A stretch of DNA of 63,117 nt, filler included, from Sphacelaria rigidula (Eukaryota), in NCBI GenBank assembly GCA_964200075.2. It is 9 parts of 9 records of this genome, joined end to end, with 100 filler letters (N's around TTAATTAATTAA, not from the genome) between each part and the next. Parts side by side here need not be neighbours in the genome. Positions count along the whole stretch, not along the records: positions 35,124 to 42,047 come from CAXNAA020017378.1; positions 42,148 to 49,071 come from CAXNAA020017379.1; 7 more parts are not named here. One strand, given 5' to 3'. Made by a program: the position numbers and the translations under genes. Numbering within the stretch: position 1 is the stretch's first letter; the number at the start of each line of letters is the position of its first letter. The notes below the pieces were generated by a model that did not search any database, was not told the DNA's origin, and was given only the letters and a program-made list of their open reading frames with translations. Below are positions 36,252-48,920 of this stretch, piece after piece.

Positions 36252-37651
36252 GTCTGGCGTGTAGATGAAGACTCCTGGGCCTGCCTCTACGAGCCCCGCC
36301 ACAGTTTCTCGCTCATAACGGCCCTCCTCTACAGCGGAGACACCCTCTACGTGGCCGGTATACCCGACGAGTCTTCCTCCTGGAGCGAAACCTGGCGCGA
36401 CGGCCACGCACTCGAGGGAGCACGCGGAAGAGAAGACGACGTAGCAGACGGAGCCGTCAGTAGCTCCGACGCGGAAAAAGCCGCAGTCGACGGCAACCAC
36501 GGTGCCAACAATGACTCCACTAGTTCTCCTTCGGGGCCCAGCCGACAAGGGGTACGAGACCGCCGCCATGTCACGCAGTACACCGTAGCGCGCATGAGTC
36601 TCAGCCCCGCACGGTTTCACGGGAAGTATGAGACATGGGGAGACTCTACGGTCGATCCGGCGGGGCGGGACGAAGTGGGCAAGCGGACAGCGGCGGCGAA
36701 ACGGTCGGGCGGGAGTGGTGCTCCGAGCGAGAGCGTCGGCGGTCAGGGTAAGGAGGAGGAGGTGCGGGGTGAGGGAGATGTTGCGGTTAGTGGTGGTGTA
36801 GATGGTGTTGGCGACGGCGGCGGCAGCGGCAGCGGCAGCGGCAGCGGCAGCGGCAGCGGCAGCGGCAGCCGTGGTGCTCATGCTTCTTCCGGCGAGTCTA
36901 CGTTCGTCGGGCATGCAGGCAGTAACGCAGGTTGGGTTGGGAGTTCTGGGAAGGGGCGGGCGGGAGGGGGCGGGGGGAGGAGGCGACGTGCGCAGGCTAT
37001 GGTGCGACGAGATTTGGATGACAGGTTCTCCAGCGAGAAGAAGGAGGAGCAGAAGCAAAAGGAGGCGAGGTTATCACGGTTTGTGGGGGTGGAAGGGGGG
37101 GAGGCTGAGCGAGAGCACCCGCGGCACGGCGGCGGAACAGCGGCACATGATGGACATGCTGATGGTGGTCGTTTTCGCAAAAGTCGCCGTTATGGCGGTG
37201 GCGATGAGGGTACAGAAGTATCGACACCATCGTTTCCTTCGACAACCGGTGGGGAGAGCAGCCGTGACGAGTGGAGAGCGGCACGGAGGCGTTTATCCTC
37301 TCCGAAAAGGAATTCCGCGCACTCGCGCTCACAGCCGTCCCCAAATTCCTCTTCTTCGAGCCCAAATCACAGTGACAGCGGAAGCCGCAGTGATGATCAA
37401 ACGGCAAGCAGCGCCTCTAGCGATGGGGCAAACAGCGGGCCGTACGATTTCGGAGGTCGAGTGTACTACTACGGCGCCAATGGTACGGTGGATTGTACCA
37501 AGGCTGACGGTAAGATGAGTAAGGCGAGCGGGAGCAGCACTGGTGATGATGGTGGTGGTGAGGGTGACGACAACGTGGGTTATCATGTCCGGTATATGCC
37601 CATGTGCGGTGTGGAGGTTGATGTTACGCCTGGAGGAGACGAGAAGTACAG
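36252..37651 (+). CDS. 1.4-kb exon of a probable beta-propeller protein with a long Gly/Ser/Arg-rich low-complexity insert
   Basis: CAG acceptor, 466-codon open frame (VWRVDEDSWACLYEP..ITALLYSGDTLYVAG ... YHVRYMPMC), AG|GTGAAA donor in phase with the next exon. Confidence 0.7.
36819..36869 (+). repeat. (GGCAGC)n coding microsatellite (GS repeat)
   Basis: About 8 tandem hexamers inside the exon. Confidence 0.9.
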
Positions 37652-39203
37652 GTGAAACGGGACAAGGGAAAACAAGCGGGGCTTTGGGGGGGGGGTTGTA
37701 CGGCAGTGCGGCAGTGCGTCTTGAGTTCCCTTCAGCAAACGTTGCCATTCATTTTACCCGGAGTACGTCATGTCTTGTGACCACGGCTGGATTATGATTC
37801 GTACGTGCAGCGGGCCACTTGATGTGCGACAACCATCCAACTAATCGATGGATTAATCAACGGTTAGCATCGGGAGAAACAATGTGTGGTTGGTTTTCGT
37901 TGATGGTTCAGGTGGAAGATTTAGAAACACACATGTAGGATGGATTTTTTATTGCTTCACGACAGCTGACTGGTTCCTTTCCTTCACGGGGTTGAGTGAC
38001 ATGATGTATACACATGTATCGCACACGGACGCCTTAAGCGCGTAGTAAATGACATTTTACTCTCTTTGTCACCTCTCAACGGGTGAGTCTAAAGTCTCGG
38101 GAATTTAGTCTCATCTCTCCCCCGGCACCTGCTTTACATTTTTTTTACGGCAAGACTGGATCATGACCATCAGCACGAGGTGGACTGTCGTCGAAATCGC
38201 TGTGCCCTACTCCTATCCTCCGTGCTCCCCGCAACAGAAGCGAAATGTTTTTCTGCTGAAAAAGACCGTGTCTATCTGTCGAGGTTCAACTCCGTAGCGC
38301 ACAGTAAATCGATCGAGTGGACCTTCCGCCCTCACTGGCCGTATGTTCAACATCTAGACCACGGGTGTGTAGTACGAGACGGCGGCCGGTGTTTTTCACG
38401 TCAATCTATCAGAATATATATATATATATATATCTTACTGTAAATTTGTTCACTTGCCGCCGCGCCTCGATGGTCTAATGGTCCATCGAGCGCTATTAGT
38501 GGGGTGAAAAGAGTCCGACTTCGATTTCCGTCGGATGCGTTCGGGTTTTGTTTTTTAAAATTATCTGATTTCCCCCCATTGAAAGCGTAACGTATATGAG
38601 GACTTAAATGAGTAGCAGAGGGGAGGTTTGTTTGACGAATGTTGACCGAAACAGTCTCGCACTCAATCACCAAGCGCGAAGCGCCGTGGTGTGTTCGTCG
38701 AGTCGCATGAAGGGTGAGCTGCACCCTGCTGATATTGTTCGGCCCGAAGCTTACTACTGATTGATCTTGCATTTGGATGACAACCTACGATGAGTTGCTT
38801 TGTTTTCTGGTATCGCCTCTTCCAGAGACAGCCACGGCTTATACACTGCCTCATGGGTGTCTCATTATTAGAATACTACGTAGTACGACCATTCCCATTG
38901 TGCGGAGTTGAGGTTCTCCCACGCCGCACAACATGATCTAGCTGGACAATCATCAGGGTTACCGCAAATCGAAAGTGTAACAAATATATAATATATATTT
39001 ATATGTTTCACACCCTGGGCACTATATTGTCAATATATGCAATAGACCAAAACTGTACTGAGTTAAGTACGGATCTATTGCAACTGTTGTTGTCGGTACA
39101 TTTTCGATCTATTGAATCTATCGGCCATATGTTGTACAGGGTGTGATTTGTTTATATATCGCTTTCGTTTTATGATTCTTATTTTCTTCTTTTTTTTGTT
39201 CAG

Positions 39204-39367
39204 ATTCTACTGGGAATGGTTGCCCGGGTTCAGCGGTGTACCAGGACGCATCAACGAGCTTAGCGGGGGAGAAGACTCTTTTGGGGGTAGCGTGTTCATC
39301 GGGGGAGACTTCAAGCCGCCAGTTCTGGTCTGGAGGAATGACCGAGATACGGGTCCGTCCACCACCA
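39204..39367 (+). CDS. Next exon of the same gene (FYWEWLPGFSGVPGRINELSGGEDSFGGSVFIGGDFKPPVLVWRNDRDTGPSTT)
   Basis: Strong polypyrimidine tract + CAG acceptor, GTGAGT donor, phase 2 matching the upstream exon; VFIGGDF resembles a propeller blade motif. Confidence 0.75.
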
Positions 39368-42300
39368 GTGAGTCGGTAGAATTTTGTATTTCACCGTCAG
39401 CGCTTCCGTCCACTCCATGTGTTCGTAGTAGCGTTGGTCGATACAGAACCGGAGACGATGTAACCTGAGAGTTTGATACGCGTGCTGAGGTAGAAAGACA
39501 CCAGGGCAAGGACGGGGGAAGGCAAAACTCTGCCTTGACTTCACCGACCCCTGCCCCACGATACCGCGATTTGAACCCTGAACTCTGGTTGCTCGTTTGC
39601 ACCACTCTGGTAACTGTCCCTATTCTGTAAAATCGGGGTGGTTTCTGATAGGTCCAATCGGAATGTGAATGAAACGCTACAAGGCGGCCCATAGTAAGTA
39701 GCCTGTTCAGAGCCAGCTGCTCACGACCATTTTTCAGCCCAATTTTTGGTGTAGTAAATTGGAATGCACACTCCTCGTGGGGGGGGGGGGTGGGCACCCA
39801 TTGGGTCCTTCCGTTAGCGTTTTAACATTTAACNNNNNNNNNNTTTTGGGGGTGTAATGTGGGGAGGGCCCCCCGCGGGGGGGGGGGGGGGGGCGTACTC
39901 ATTTGTTGCTTGCCTTAGTCATTTGACCATTGACCACGCATCCCTTTCGAGACGGAGCGGCGTTGATTGCTTGCTTGTGTGATTGTCGCAATCGTAAGTG
40001 ACCCCGCAGGGGTCCAACCGTGGTCATATGACAGACGTACTCAATACAAACAAAACTGGCTCACTGAATTCACTTATCTCCCCTATTCTTGGAAGATCTA
40101 TCTGCAAGCAAGCCTTCGAGATTTTCAGTTTCGTTTCTTTTTTTTTCAACGGGCATGCGGCGGGCGGGCTGGCGGTACTTTTGCTTTTGAGTTACTACAT
40201 TCAACACATCGAAATAGAATTAGAGAGACGCAGATCAAAAATGGTTGATGGAGTTTGTATGACGAGAGTCGACGCGGTGCGGGAGTATTAGTCATGATCC
40301 TATCCACGAGACCAAAATCCGAGGTATGTACCGAGGAGAGATTGATTGATCTCTTGAGACCACGGACTCGTCCCGAGGAAGAGGAGGAAATCAAAGTATG
40401 ATCTTTTGGGGGGGAAACAGGAGAGGGGTGTTTCAAAATAGGCAGTGTTGGTGTCCACCAGAATTCACGCCGGTGAGGGAGGTTGTCCCCTTCGTCCGCG
40501 CGTGGCGAGCGGGCCATTGTGAGTGGCTGAAGCACGCCCGAACTTGGAAACGCTGGTGTATCCACAGAGGGTCTACCCTCGCGTGCTAGTGTACATCTCG
40601 AAAATCTGTCTGAGTTGGACGGTGGTGTCGCGGTGGATGCGAAGTAATCGTGATTCCGAAATTTGTTGACTCCGTTTTAAGCAGCACAAAAAAGTGACCG
40701 AGCAAGTGAAGAGAGGAAATGTGATGTTTTGAAATATCCTCCTCCAAAGGCCCCCATCCATCCGTTTTTTTTTATAATAGTGTGCGGATTGAATGAGCGT
40801 GTCCGCAAGGCCACACACGCTATCTATCTATCGATCGAAACTGAGTGGCTACACACCGTGTTTTGGTTTATATGACGTAATTGAAAAAAAGTGGCGCAGT
40901 TCTCTTATTATTATTATTTTGTTTTCGGCGAAGTGTTGAGTTTTTTTTTTCTACACTCTTCCCCTCGTCGTTTGACGTGTGTCATTGTCTCAGTCATGAA
41001 GAAGGCATTGATCGTTATGTCGTGTTATTGCAGATTATCGGTGCGTACGTACTTTTGTCCATGAATGCGTTCAGCTGCCGGTAGGCCTCATCTTGTCGAG
41101 ACAAAACATGGAGAATGAGATTATGAGAACGACATTGTGACAATGATGATGACGACTACGTAGTCCACACGTGGCAATCATGTTATTTCCCCTTTCGTAT
41201 TGTCATCGAATTATTCCCCTCATCTCACGAACATCAATTCAGAATTGATTAATTTCGACGAGAAAGAGTGAGAATGGAAACGAAATTGAAAATGAAAGTG
41301 AGAATTAGAAGGAGTATGAAATTCAAAATACAGATACAAATACAAACACAAATTCAAACACAAATTGAACTTGAACCTGAAGATCAGAATAGGGACGTGA
41401 AGTGATTGCCACGCATGGGCTGTTCGTTATTATCATATCATTGTCGTCATCCTCACAATCCCATTATCATTCTCTTGGTTTCGACACGACGGGGCCACAC
41501 CAGAGACTCGACATCGCCGAAAAGCAGAATCTAGGATGCTACCACAAAAACCAAAGTAGGACCCTCCAATCACATCAAGACGTACGGAAGGGTCATCATC
41601 ACACGACACATTTTTCCTGCCTTGAAATCTCGAGCATATCTGTTCGTTTTAGTCTGCAAAAATGACAGGCCAGAATTCTGAGATGTGCCAGTTGCTGCAT
41701 GTATGTGGCAAAACGCAGACAAGATAAATATATATATAACAATTAATTCATTTATCTTTTTCGCCGTTGAAGAGCATTGGACGCAGGTGCACTTTTTTCA
41801 TATTTTTCACTTGGTTTTAGAGTACAGCTAAACGCCGTTCCCACAAGCTCTGAGAGGCCAGCATTTGCTCACACCTGATTTTAGAGTACGGCGACACGGT
41901 GTCATTCGGTCGTCCTCAGAAGCTCAGAGAGGCGAGCATTTGCTCTTACTCGATTTTAGAGTACAGCGAACGGGGTCATTTCGTTCTCTCAAGCTCCGAC
42001 AAAGCAGCATTGCATGATTCCCCTTCAGGAGGTTTCAGAGGTTTCGGNNNNNNNNNNNNNNNNNNNNNNNNNNNNNNNNNNNNNNNNNNNNTTAATTAAT
42101 TAANNNNNNNNNNNNNNNNNNNNNNNNNNNNNNNNNNNNNNNNNNNNAAGGAAAACAAAAAACGAGACCCCCCCCCCCCCCCCCCTCAATTATGTTTGTC
42201 TTCCACACGTCATCCATGGAATCGAATATTTCGAGTGAAGAATGACGTCAGTCACAGGTAATACCACGACGCTTCAAGAATATTCTTCCATGGAGACATG

Positions 42301-42479
42301 ACACTTGGAATGTACTTCGTATGTGGTTATCGTTTTGTTATTGCACACACCGTGGGTCACGGTACACAACAGGGTGCATGGCGGAAGACGACCCCGACAA
42401 AGGGCAAAAATGAAACCACGCCACCGAACGGAGTGTACAACATGGGAGGGCCGTGCGTGCGCACGCTGGTGCGGAGACA

Positions 42480-44225
42480 GGAAGATAGGATCCCGCCAGC
42501 AGAGGAGATGGCCACCGAGTGTGCGAAGCAACTGGAGTCTCTAAACCAAATGGCCTTGGATCAAATTCGGGACGGCTCGCCGAATGGCCTGGTTGTGGAG
42601 TACCGACAATTGCCAGAGGTGAGACTTGCACAAGCCTGTAAGTATCTTGCACAGGCCTGTATTTATCTTGCACAAGCCTTTCCTGGCGCTATCTGTTCCC
42701 GACCCTCAGCCTTGACCCCAGCCATTACGCTGATCCTAGGCGAACTCACCCTGTTGTCAAGGTTGTTGGTGACGGAAGAGACTGAGGCACTAGGTGCACG
42801 GCACGAGAAGGTTGAGGGGACGGCAACAGAAAATACCATGAAGGAAGAGGAATGGTGATCTGACCAAAACTCGCTGTACCCATGTTGGAAGGGAGTACGG
42901 TGGGAGGCACACCAGTTGGTCGAGGGCGATAAGGACCTGGAGTGCTCTTGACTGTGCCCTCCGAATGAGCTGTTGAGATGTTGAGATTTGGGATCTTATA
43001 CGTAACAAGATGTTGGAATGTGGGATAGGAAGCTATCGCGATACTGAGTACTTGGGATGGTGTCAACGAAAGGGCACCGTACACACCGTAACAGGATATA
43101 TGGCAAGTCTGGTGTCCCGAACAACGGGGGTTGGATTGCAGTAGGTGTAGATATAGCGCCGGTTTTCCGTGTCTCGTGATGTGAAGTGACGTATTGTACG
43201 ATACTTCGGGGCGTGCCCCAACTTTTTCACACTTTTTACATCGTATCCCCACTGAACACCTTCGTAAATGTTGAGGTTATGACCGAGTACGTGTACCCAG
43301 TTCATTTCGGCATGGCCTCATCCGAGGAAGAACGAGAGGAGTACCAACGCTGGATGGAGCCAGTGACTCACGTGTACTCGAAGGGTATGGCCACGGCTAA
43401 GGACGGAGCTATTTCCAAGGCGAGTACGATGGCTGAGCTGGTCGAGCGTTGACTATTGGCTAGTGCTAGTGCTCACGACTGAAGAAATGCAGATGAGACG
43501 ATGATGTAGTCACCCCCTCAAAGGCGGGGACCGCAATCGCAAGTCCAGTGCACTGATCAACCACTGAACAATCTGCTCCTGTTGCTATCCTCCTTATCTC
43601 CCAACACGGCGGGGGAAGGGTCTTGAGCACCACTCACCCCTTTGGGTGATGGAGCAGTCAGCAGAGCGAAGTGACGTGTGGTTTCAAACAGACACAGGTG
43701 TCCCAACAACACTCATCCCTTGAAAATATCGAGCATTCGCCACCTGCTTCGTGCTGTGTGGAACGCTCCCAAACCCAGCAGCTCATGTTTCCAACACGAG
43801 TTTTCGTATAGCGGGTGATCGGATGATGGAATGAGTGGGACTTCGACCTCGCGTAGTCTTGCTTTTGTGGCGGCGACTGGTTCGCTCGCTGAAGCCACCC
43901 CCTGTGTCTGTGCTTGCGATGGTTCCCAAGATGAGGTCACTACGTCTTGGACCATGTACGCCATCCGGCATGGCGTTCGCTGCAGCATAATTATGTCTCG
44001 CCTGAACGTCTGACCTCTGCTTTCTCCGCTCGTTTGGTTCGAATCGCGTCAATGTTTTTTCACCAGAAGTATGAGCAGGGTATGGACCTGGACATTAAGC
44101 AAGAGGGCAGTGACGAGGTGATGCGCGCCGAAGCCCGAAAAATGTGCGACAGCTACCGCACGCTAGTAAGCATGCAGAAGTGGGTTAAGGATAGTCAGGG
44201 AGACACCGTTGGCACGTGCAGCTGA
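42480..44225 (+). pseudogene. Degenerate coding-like region of unknown family
   Basis: Several collinear + strand protein-like frames (42298-42858, 43186-43452, 43947-44225) broken by stops or frameshifts; no motif recognised. Confidence 0.3.
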
Positions 44226-46193
44226 TGTGTGTTTCCGTGCCATTGAACTGTGCAGGATTTGAAATCCAGTTTCACACGCGTGTTATTTTTTTTCCGGCTT
44301 GGGATGTTTGCGACAGTGCATTCTTATCCGTGTTTGTAGTGTTTGTAGCGCAAAAGGTTTCTCTGATACCCATGTGTTGAATGAAGTTTGCCGTAACAGT
44401 CTCCAGCTGTTTGTTGGATGTAATGGTGCATTTCGTCATGCTCACCTCAAGGTGGCCGGTGACGCTGCCTTGGATCCATTTGTGTATCTTACGATGACAC
44501 TGTGTGGCACGTGCTCGTAGTCACGTGCCTCATGTAGGGCTGGCAAAAGGCGACTTTCACCAAGTACTCTTGCTACTCCTCCTGCCACGCAACAGACAGT
44601 AGCGTGTACCCTGGGCGGAGTGGATGAAGTGATCGCCATGTTGGTGTTCCTAGGGTTTTACAGTACTGTAGAATCGAGTTGACCATGGACGATATGTTGT
44701 AAGAATCGACGTAAAGTGTTTCGCGGCTAAGAATGGGCGTGTGTTTGAGTTTTGCTTCGGCTTTGTTTCTACTCGATCGCTCTAGAGGCCTCACCGATGT
44801 CCCGCTGACATTAGATTTGGTGTACCCTTTGATTCACACAGCTGTGGGGAGTGGGGGGGGGGGGGCGATCTCCAGGTCTCGTTGCCACATGTAATTTTCA
44901 GTAGTCATGTTGGCCGGACTTATGTGTCGTAGTGGTGGTAATGTCGGGTTTTTGGTCATTGATATACCCTTTCTCATGGTAGGGGGGAGTGTACAGATCG
45001 TGTGGGTAGCAGCTGAGTTCTGTTGTTTCTTTTCTTGTATTGCGTAGTATTGTTGTATTTATGTGTTGACGTTGCTACAAAAGTGTAAGTGGCTCTTGGC
45101 CCTACCAAGCGTGTGGATGGCGTATGATCGATATGCCTCGTATACGGAGAGTATGCGGTTGAAGCTGGCATGACATGTAACACCTGTTGGTCAAATAGGA
45201 AATGAGAGGTGAGGTGGCTTCGCTGTCGCACGTGCAAGAATAGCGCGGGGGCGGAGAGGGACGAGGGGGGGGGGTCAACATCGATCAGAAAAAAATCCGA
45301 ATGGGAATACTCTCGGAATGAGGTGTCATACGAATGAAAGCACGACAACTTGGGTGCAATTTGTGGGGTTCGGTGCTCTTTTGACCCGTATATAACTTCA
45401 GTCTCGGTGGAAGATGATTACAGGGCGAAGAACACTGTGGACAGTCGCCTCGCCTCTTTCACGATATGGGAAACCGAGATACTTCAGGAATGCCGGACGT
45501 GATCTCTTGCACACTTTTTTCTGACGTTTATTTTTTCGCAACATCAGTTCCGGGTTTGTGTTTCGCATGCCCGAGGCCGCTGTCGATTTTTGGGCGTCCA
45601 GTTTGAGCTTGTTCATCGACTAACGGTGTTTTTTTCCCTGACCAAGTCTGAACCAGTTTGAGGAATGCTTCAACAATTTTTGTCGGACCGAACGCCCCAC
45701 GAGGATGTTCAAGAAATGTGCCTCAGAAACAAAACTCCCTCTTGGGAGTTGGCACACGGGGCTTGTCGTGGTCTCCAAGCAACTTGGAATCATATCGGTC
45801 CGATCTTTCTGACCCAGGGTCAATTTGTACCAATCTCTCTGAATCAGTTTACATTGTTTCTCCCAGCCCAGTGACACACCATTTTCAAGACGTGGACAAC
45901 CTTCAGTTTCAGAGGTTGGACCACGTCTGGCAACGTAAGTACTTGCATTTAAATCAAAGTACGCAGCTCCCTCAATATTAATATTATTTTTTGTGTCGCA
46001 CTTTGACCCCCCTCCTTCCTCGAGACGAGTCCGTGGCCTCGAGGAATCAAGCCACATCTCCCCGGTGCACGCCTTGTATTCTAGTCTCGCGGACTGGGTC
46101 AGCGCTCCTGCACCGGGTCAACTCACGTCAAACTCAATTTCTTTGTTTACTCACGTTCTCACGCTTTCCACGATGGAATCAGACACCACGAAG

Positions 46194-46273
46194 AAAAAAC
46201 TTGACGCATCGGGAATCGAACCCTCGTGCTCTCCACCCTTACGGCGCTAGACGGGCCATTACACCACCGGGGC
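46194..46273 (-). mobile_element. tRNA-like Pol III unit (SINE head or tRNA pseudogene)
   Basis: GCCCCGG-TGGTGTAATGG (A box) ... GGTTCGATTCCC (B box) ... TTTTTT. The acceptor stem does not pair, so it is not a functional tRNA. Confidence 0.6.
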
Positions 46274-47875
46274 GCGGCGCGACGAATCTGGGCTCGAGTG
46301 GAAAATTGGGGTGTCGTGTAAATTTTCACCATGTGCCACCTCTTGCTCAAATTGGGAAACGTCGTATTGTTACCTGCGGTCGAGATCAAAGTGATGACGC
46401 CTGATCGCTCTCGCGATCATCAAAATATCATACTGGGACAGACGAGGCATGCCATTAATACTGTACTGTTATCCTTGGTTTCGCTTATTCCGGTCGAATA
46501 ACATAGGCGTTTTATTCACGCGCATATGCGCTGCGCATCAACTAATAGAAACCGCCGTCTGTATATTTATATTTCCTACCTTTTTTGCAAGATTCTAAAA
46601 CAAGCTCATACACATGTTGAACGATTCTTGGCGTATATCAAGCGGCAAGATTGAATTCACGCGGACATGCTAAACAAAATAATATTCATGTGTCACGTGC
46701 CGATGTTCAAGAAGATACTTGTAGACCCATGTATTTTTGCCCGTGATTTGCAGGTCGTTGGCAAAAAGAAATTGCGCAACCCGTACAACACCATCTGACC
46801 ACATTCATCCTTTACGAACGATTCGGTCGGATAATGATAAGAACACGAGTAAACCGCAGATGAACACGCACATGAGATGAAATATTTCAATCCTTTTCTA
46901 CCCTCTCTCACACCCATCGCTTATCCCATGTTTCTTTTATTTCACGTCAGCCCGACGACTGCGAGATCTTGGGGCACCATCTCAGCAGTCTGAATTGAAC
47001 GTGAATCAAAATCCAATGGCGTGTAGCATCCTGTGGCCTACAATACTTCAACATTTCCACCACCCAAACACTCACCCAACTCGAGCTGTAATTTGACATG
47101 ACCGAAATTGGCGTAGCTGAGATTGACATGCCCCATTTGCCTCCGAAACACCACCAAAAAAGAATGACAAAATGGCAGGGGAGGGCTCGTGAGTCCCCCA
47201 ACGCCGTAAAAAACAGAAAACGCACACTCTGTTCTCGGCAGAACTGGCACTTGGGAACAAAAATTTCGTGCCGAGGGTCAACATCTTGTCATCCATGAAA
47301 AAATCACTCATCGGACAGCTAGCTCATGAGCTACCGAAATAAATATTTGAAGAGGACTCTCAGATACCTTGTGTAAGAACACAAAATACGTGACAGCAGG
47401 GTCCGAGAAGCCAAAGCGCTACCTTTACACTACTCCGCGTGCTCGGCATCCAGCTCCGTGGGGAGCAAGTATTGGGAAAAAGAGCCAAACAAGCTAGCTC
47501 ATGATCCGGATCAGTGCACTGACAGTAAGTAATAATATCAAGCTAGCTTATGAGCTGTGGCACGAGTGGGAAAATTGAATCGACAAAAACTGTACCAGTT
47601 TCGATTGTAGGCCCTCCGAATCAAATACTGGTCGTAGCTCTCCACATGATAGACAAAAATATGAAAACTAGACAGATGGAAAAAAACCATCATGGCAAGG
47701 TGGGAACCATGGTATTGTAGTGTAGTGTACTGTAGTCAATCTAACCGGGGTTTGAATTACCGTCCTACCCTTACCCCACACCCTTGAACGCTGTCCGCTT
47801 GACCAACCTAGCACGCTTCGCTGCTGCTGTGGCAAATCTTGAAAAGTGTTCCAACCCCATGAAGTCGAAATATTT

Positions 47876-47991
47876 TTTCGGAAAACAAAAATATGCCAGA
47901 AAAACTCAGGGATAATTATCTCTTGATTTAATTTCAGTAAGAAGACAAAAATTATCCCTGAGTTTTTGGCTCAAAATTTTGGTTTCCGAAA
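47876..47991. repeat. Short inverted repeat (MITE-like hairpin)
   Basis: AAAAACTCAGGGATAATT / AATTATCCCTGAGTTTTT with outer TTTCGGAAA / TTTCCGAAA. Confidence 0.7.
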
Positions 47992-48851
47992 CTCTAGAAT
48001 AATAAATACACCCTATACAGCGAACTGAGTGATGCACCGCGGCAGGAATTTCACCTCATCGAGAAATCCTCACAGAGGGTACACCTACGACTGAATTTAT
48101 ACGGTCCGTATTCGTAGTCTGTGTCATACACAGGTAGAACCATGACTCAATGTTCACCGTACTGGAGGCACCCAACAGACATGATGGTTGCTTGCTGTTG
48201 CAATCTATGCGTACTCCAACGTACCACCCAAATAGTTACCTGGTATACCCGAATTCACCTGGACCAACCGCCGCCATACAACTTACCCTGGAGCACGCAG
48301 CCACACCCACACCTCCCCCAACCGCACTGTTGTCACCTATCGACCGTGCCCTGTAACGCTGAACCGAGTTCATTAAAGTATCGTCTCTTCGCAGCCCATC
48401 TATTCCGATCGCGCGCGTGTGTGTTACTATACCGCCATTGGATAATGAATACGCATGAAAGTGTACCAAGATATCGGCTCCCGCTAAAAAGCTAAATTGA
48501 CGATAGATATATATAGTACCGCCGGTAAATAAAAATCACTCCCCTCACTAATATTGGCTCCCATCGCCGCACTGCTGCGCTTCTATACCGCTATCTACTG
48601 GCCGCGCCAAGGTGCTGTGCAGCACACTTCGGTGTGCGAAAGTTGCATGTGTGCTTTCGATTGTCTCCCCTTTTCAACAACTCCAACCGACCCCGACAAC
48701 CAACCCCGACAGTGGCCTCCTCAGTTGTGCACCCCTGACATGTACCAGGTATACACTAAACACCTTAAAAAAAGGCTGCGCACTGGTATGCAAATTCCAT
48801 GGTTAAACCTGGTTCGTCTTCATCAATTGATAACGCTAACCCCAGCCTTAA

Positions 48852-48920
48852 CCCTTAGACCGCGAGATTAGTCTTTCTGGATCATGCATACTTTTTTTCA
48901 CTTGAAATTGATGCCGATTC
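48852..48920 (+). mobile_element. Truncated family C MITE
   Basis: TTAA|CCCTTAGACCGCGAG ... GAAATTGATGCCGATTC. Confidence 0.7.

Noticed and set aside
36240..37518. PolyA-containing ORFs in alternative frames and strand
   Set aside because: Shadows of the (GGCAGC)n-containing exon; splice phases support the 36171 frame.
46194..46273. Functional tRNA gene
   Set aside because: A and B boxes are present but the acceptor and anticodon stems do not pair.
47318..47557. Three AGCTAGCT(C/T)ATGA near-palindromic motifs
   Set aside because: Irregular spacing and short length; probably internal to a repeat, and not CRISPR-like.
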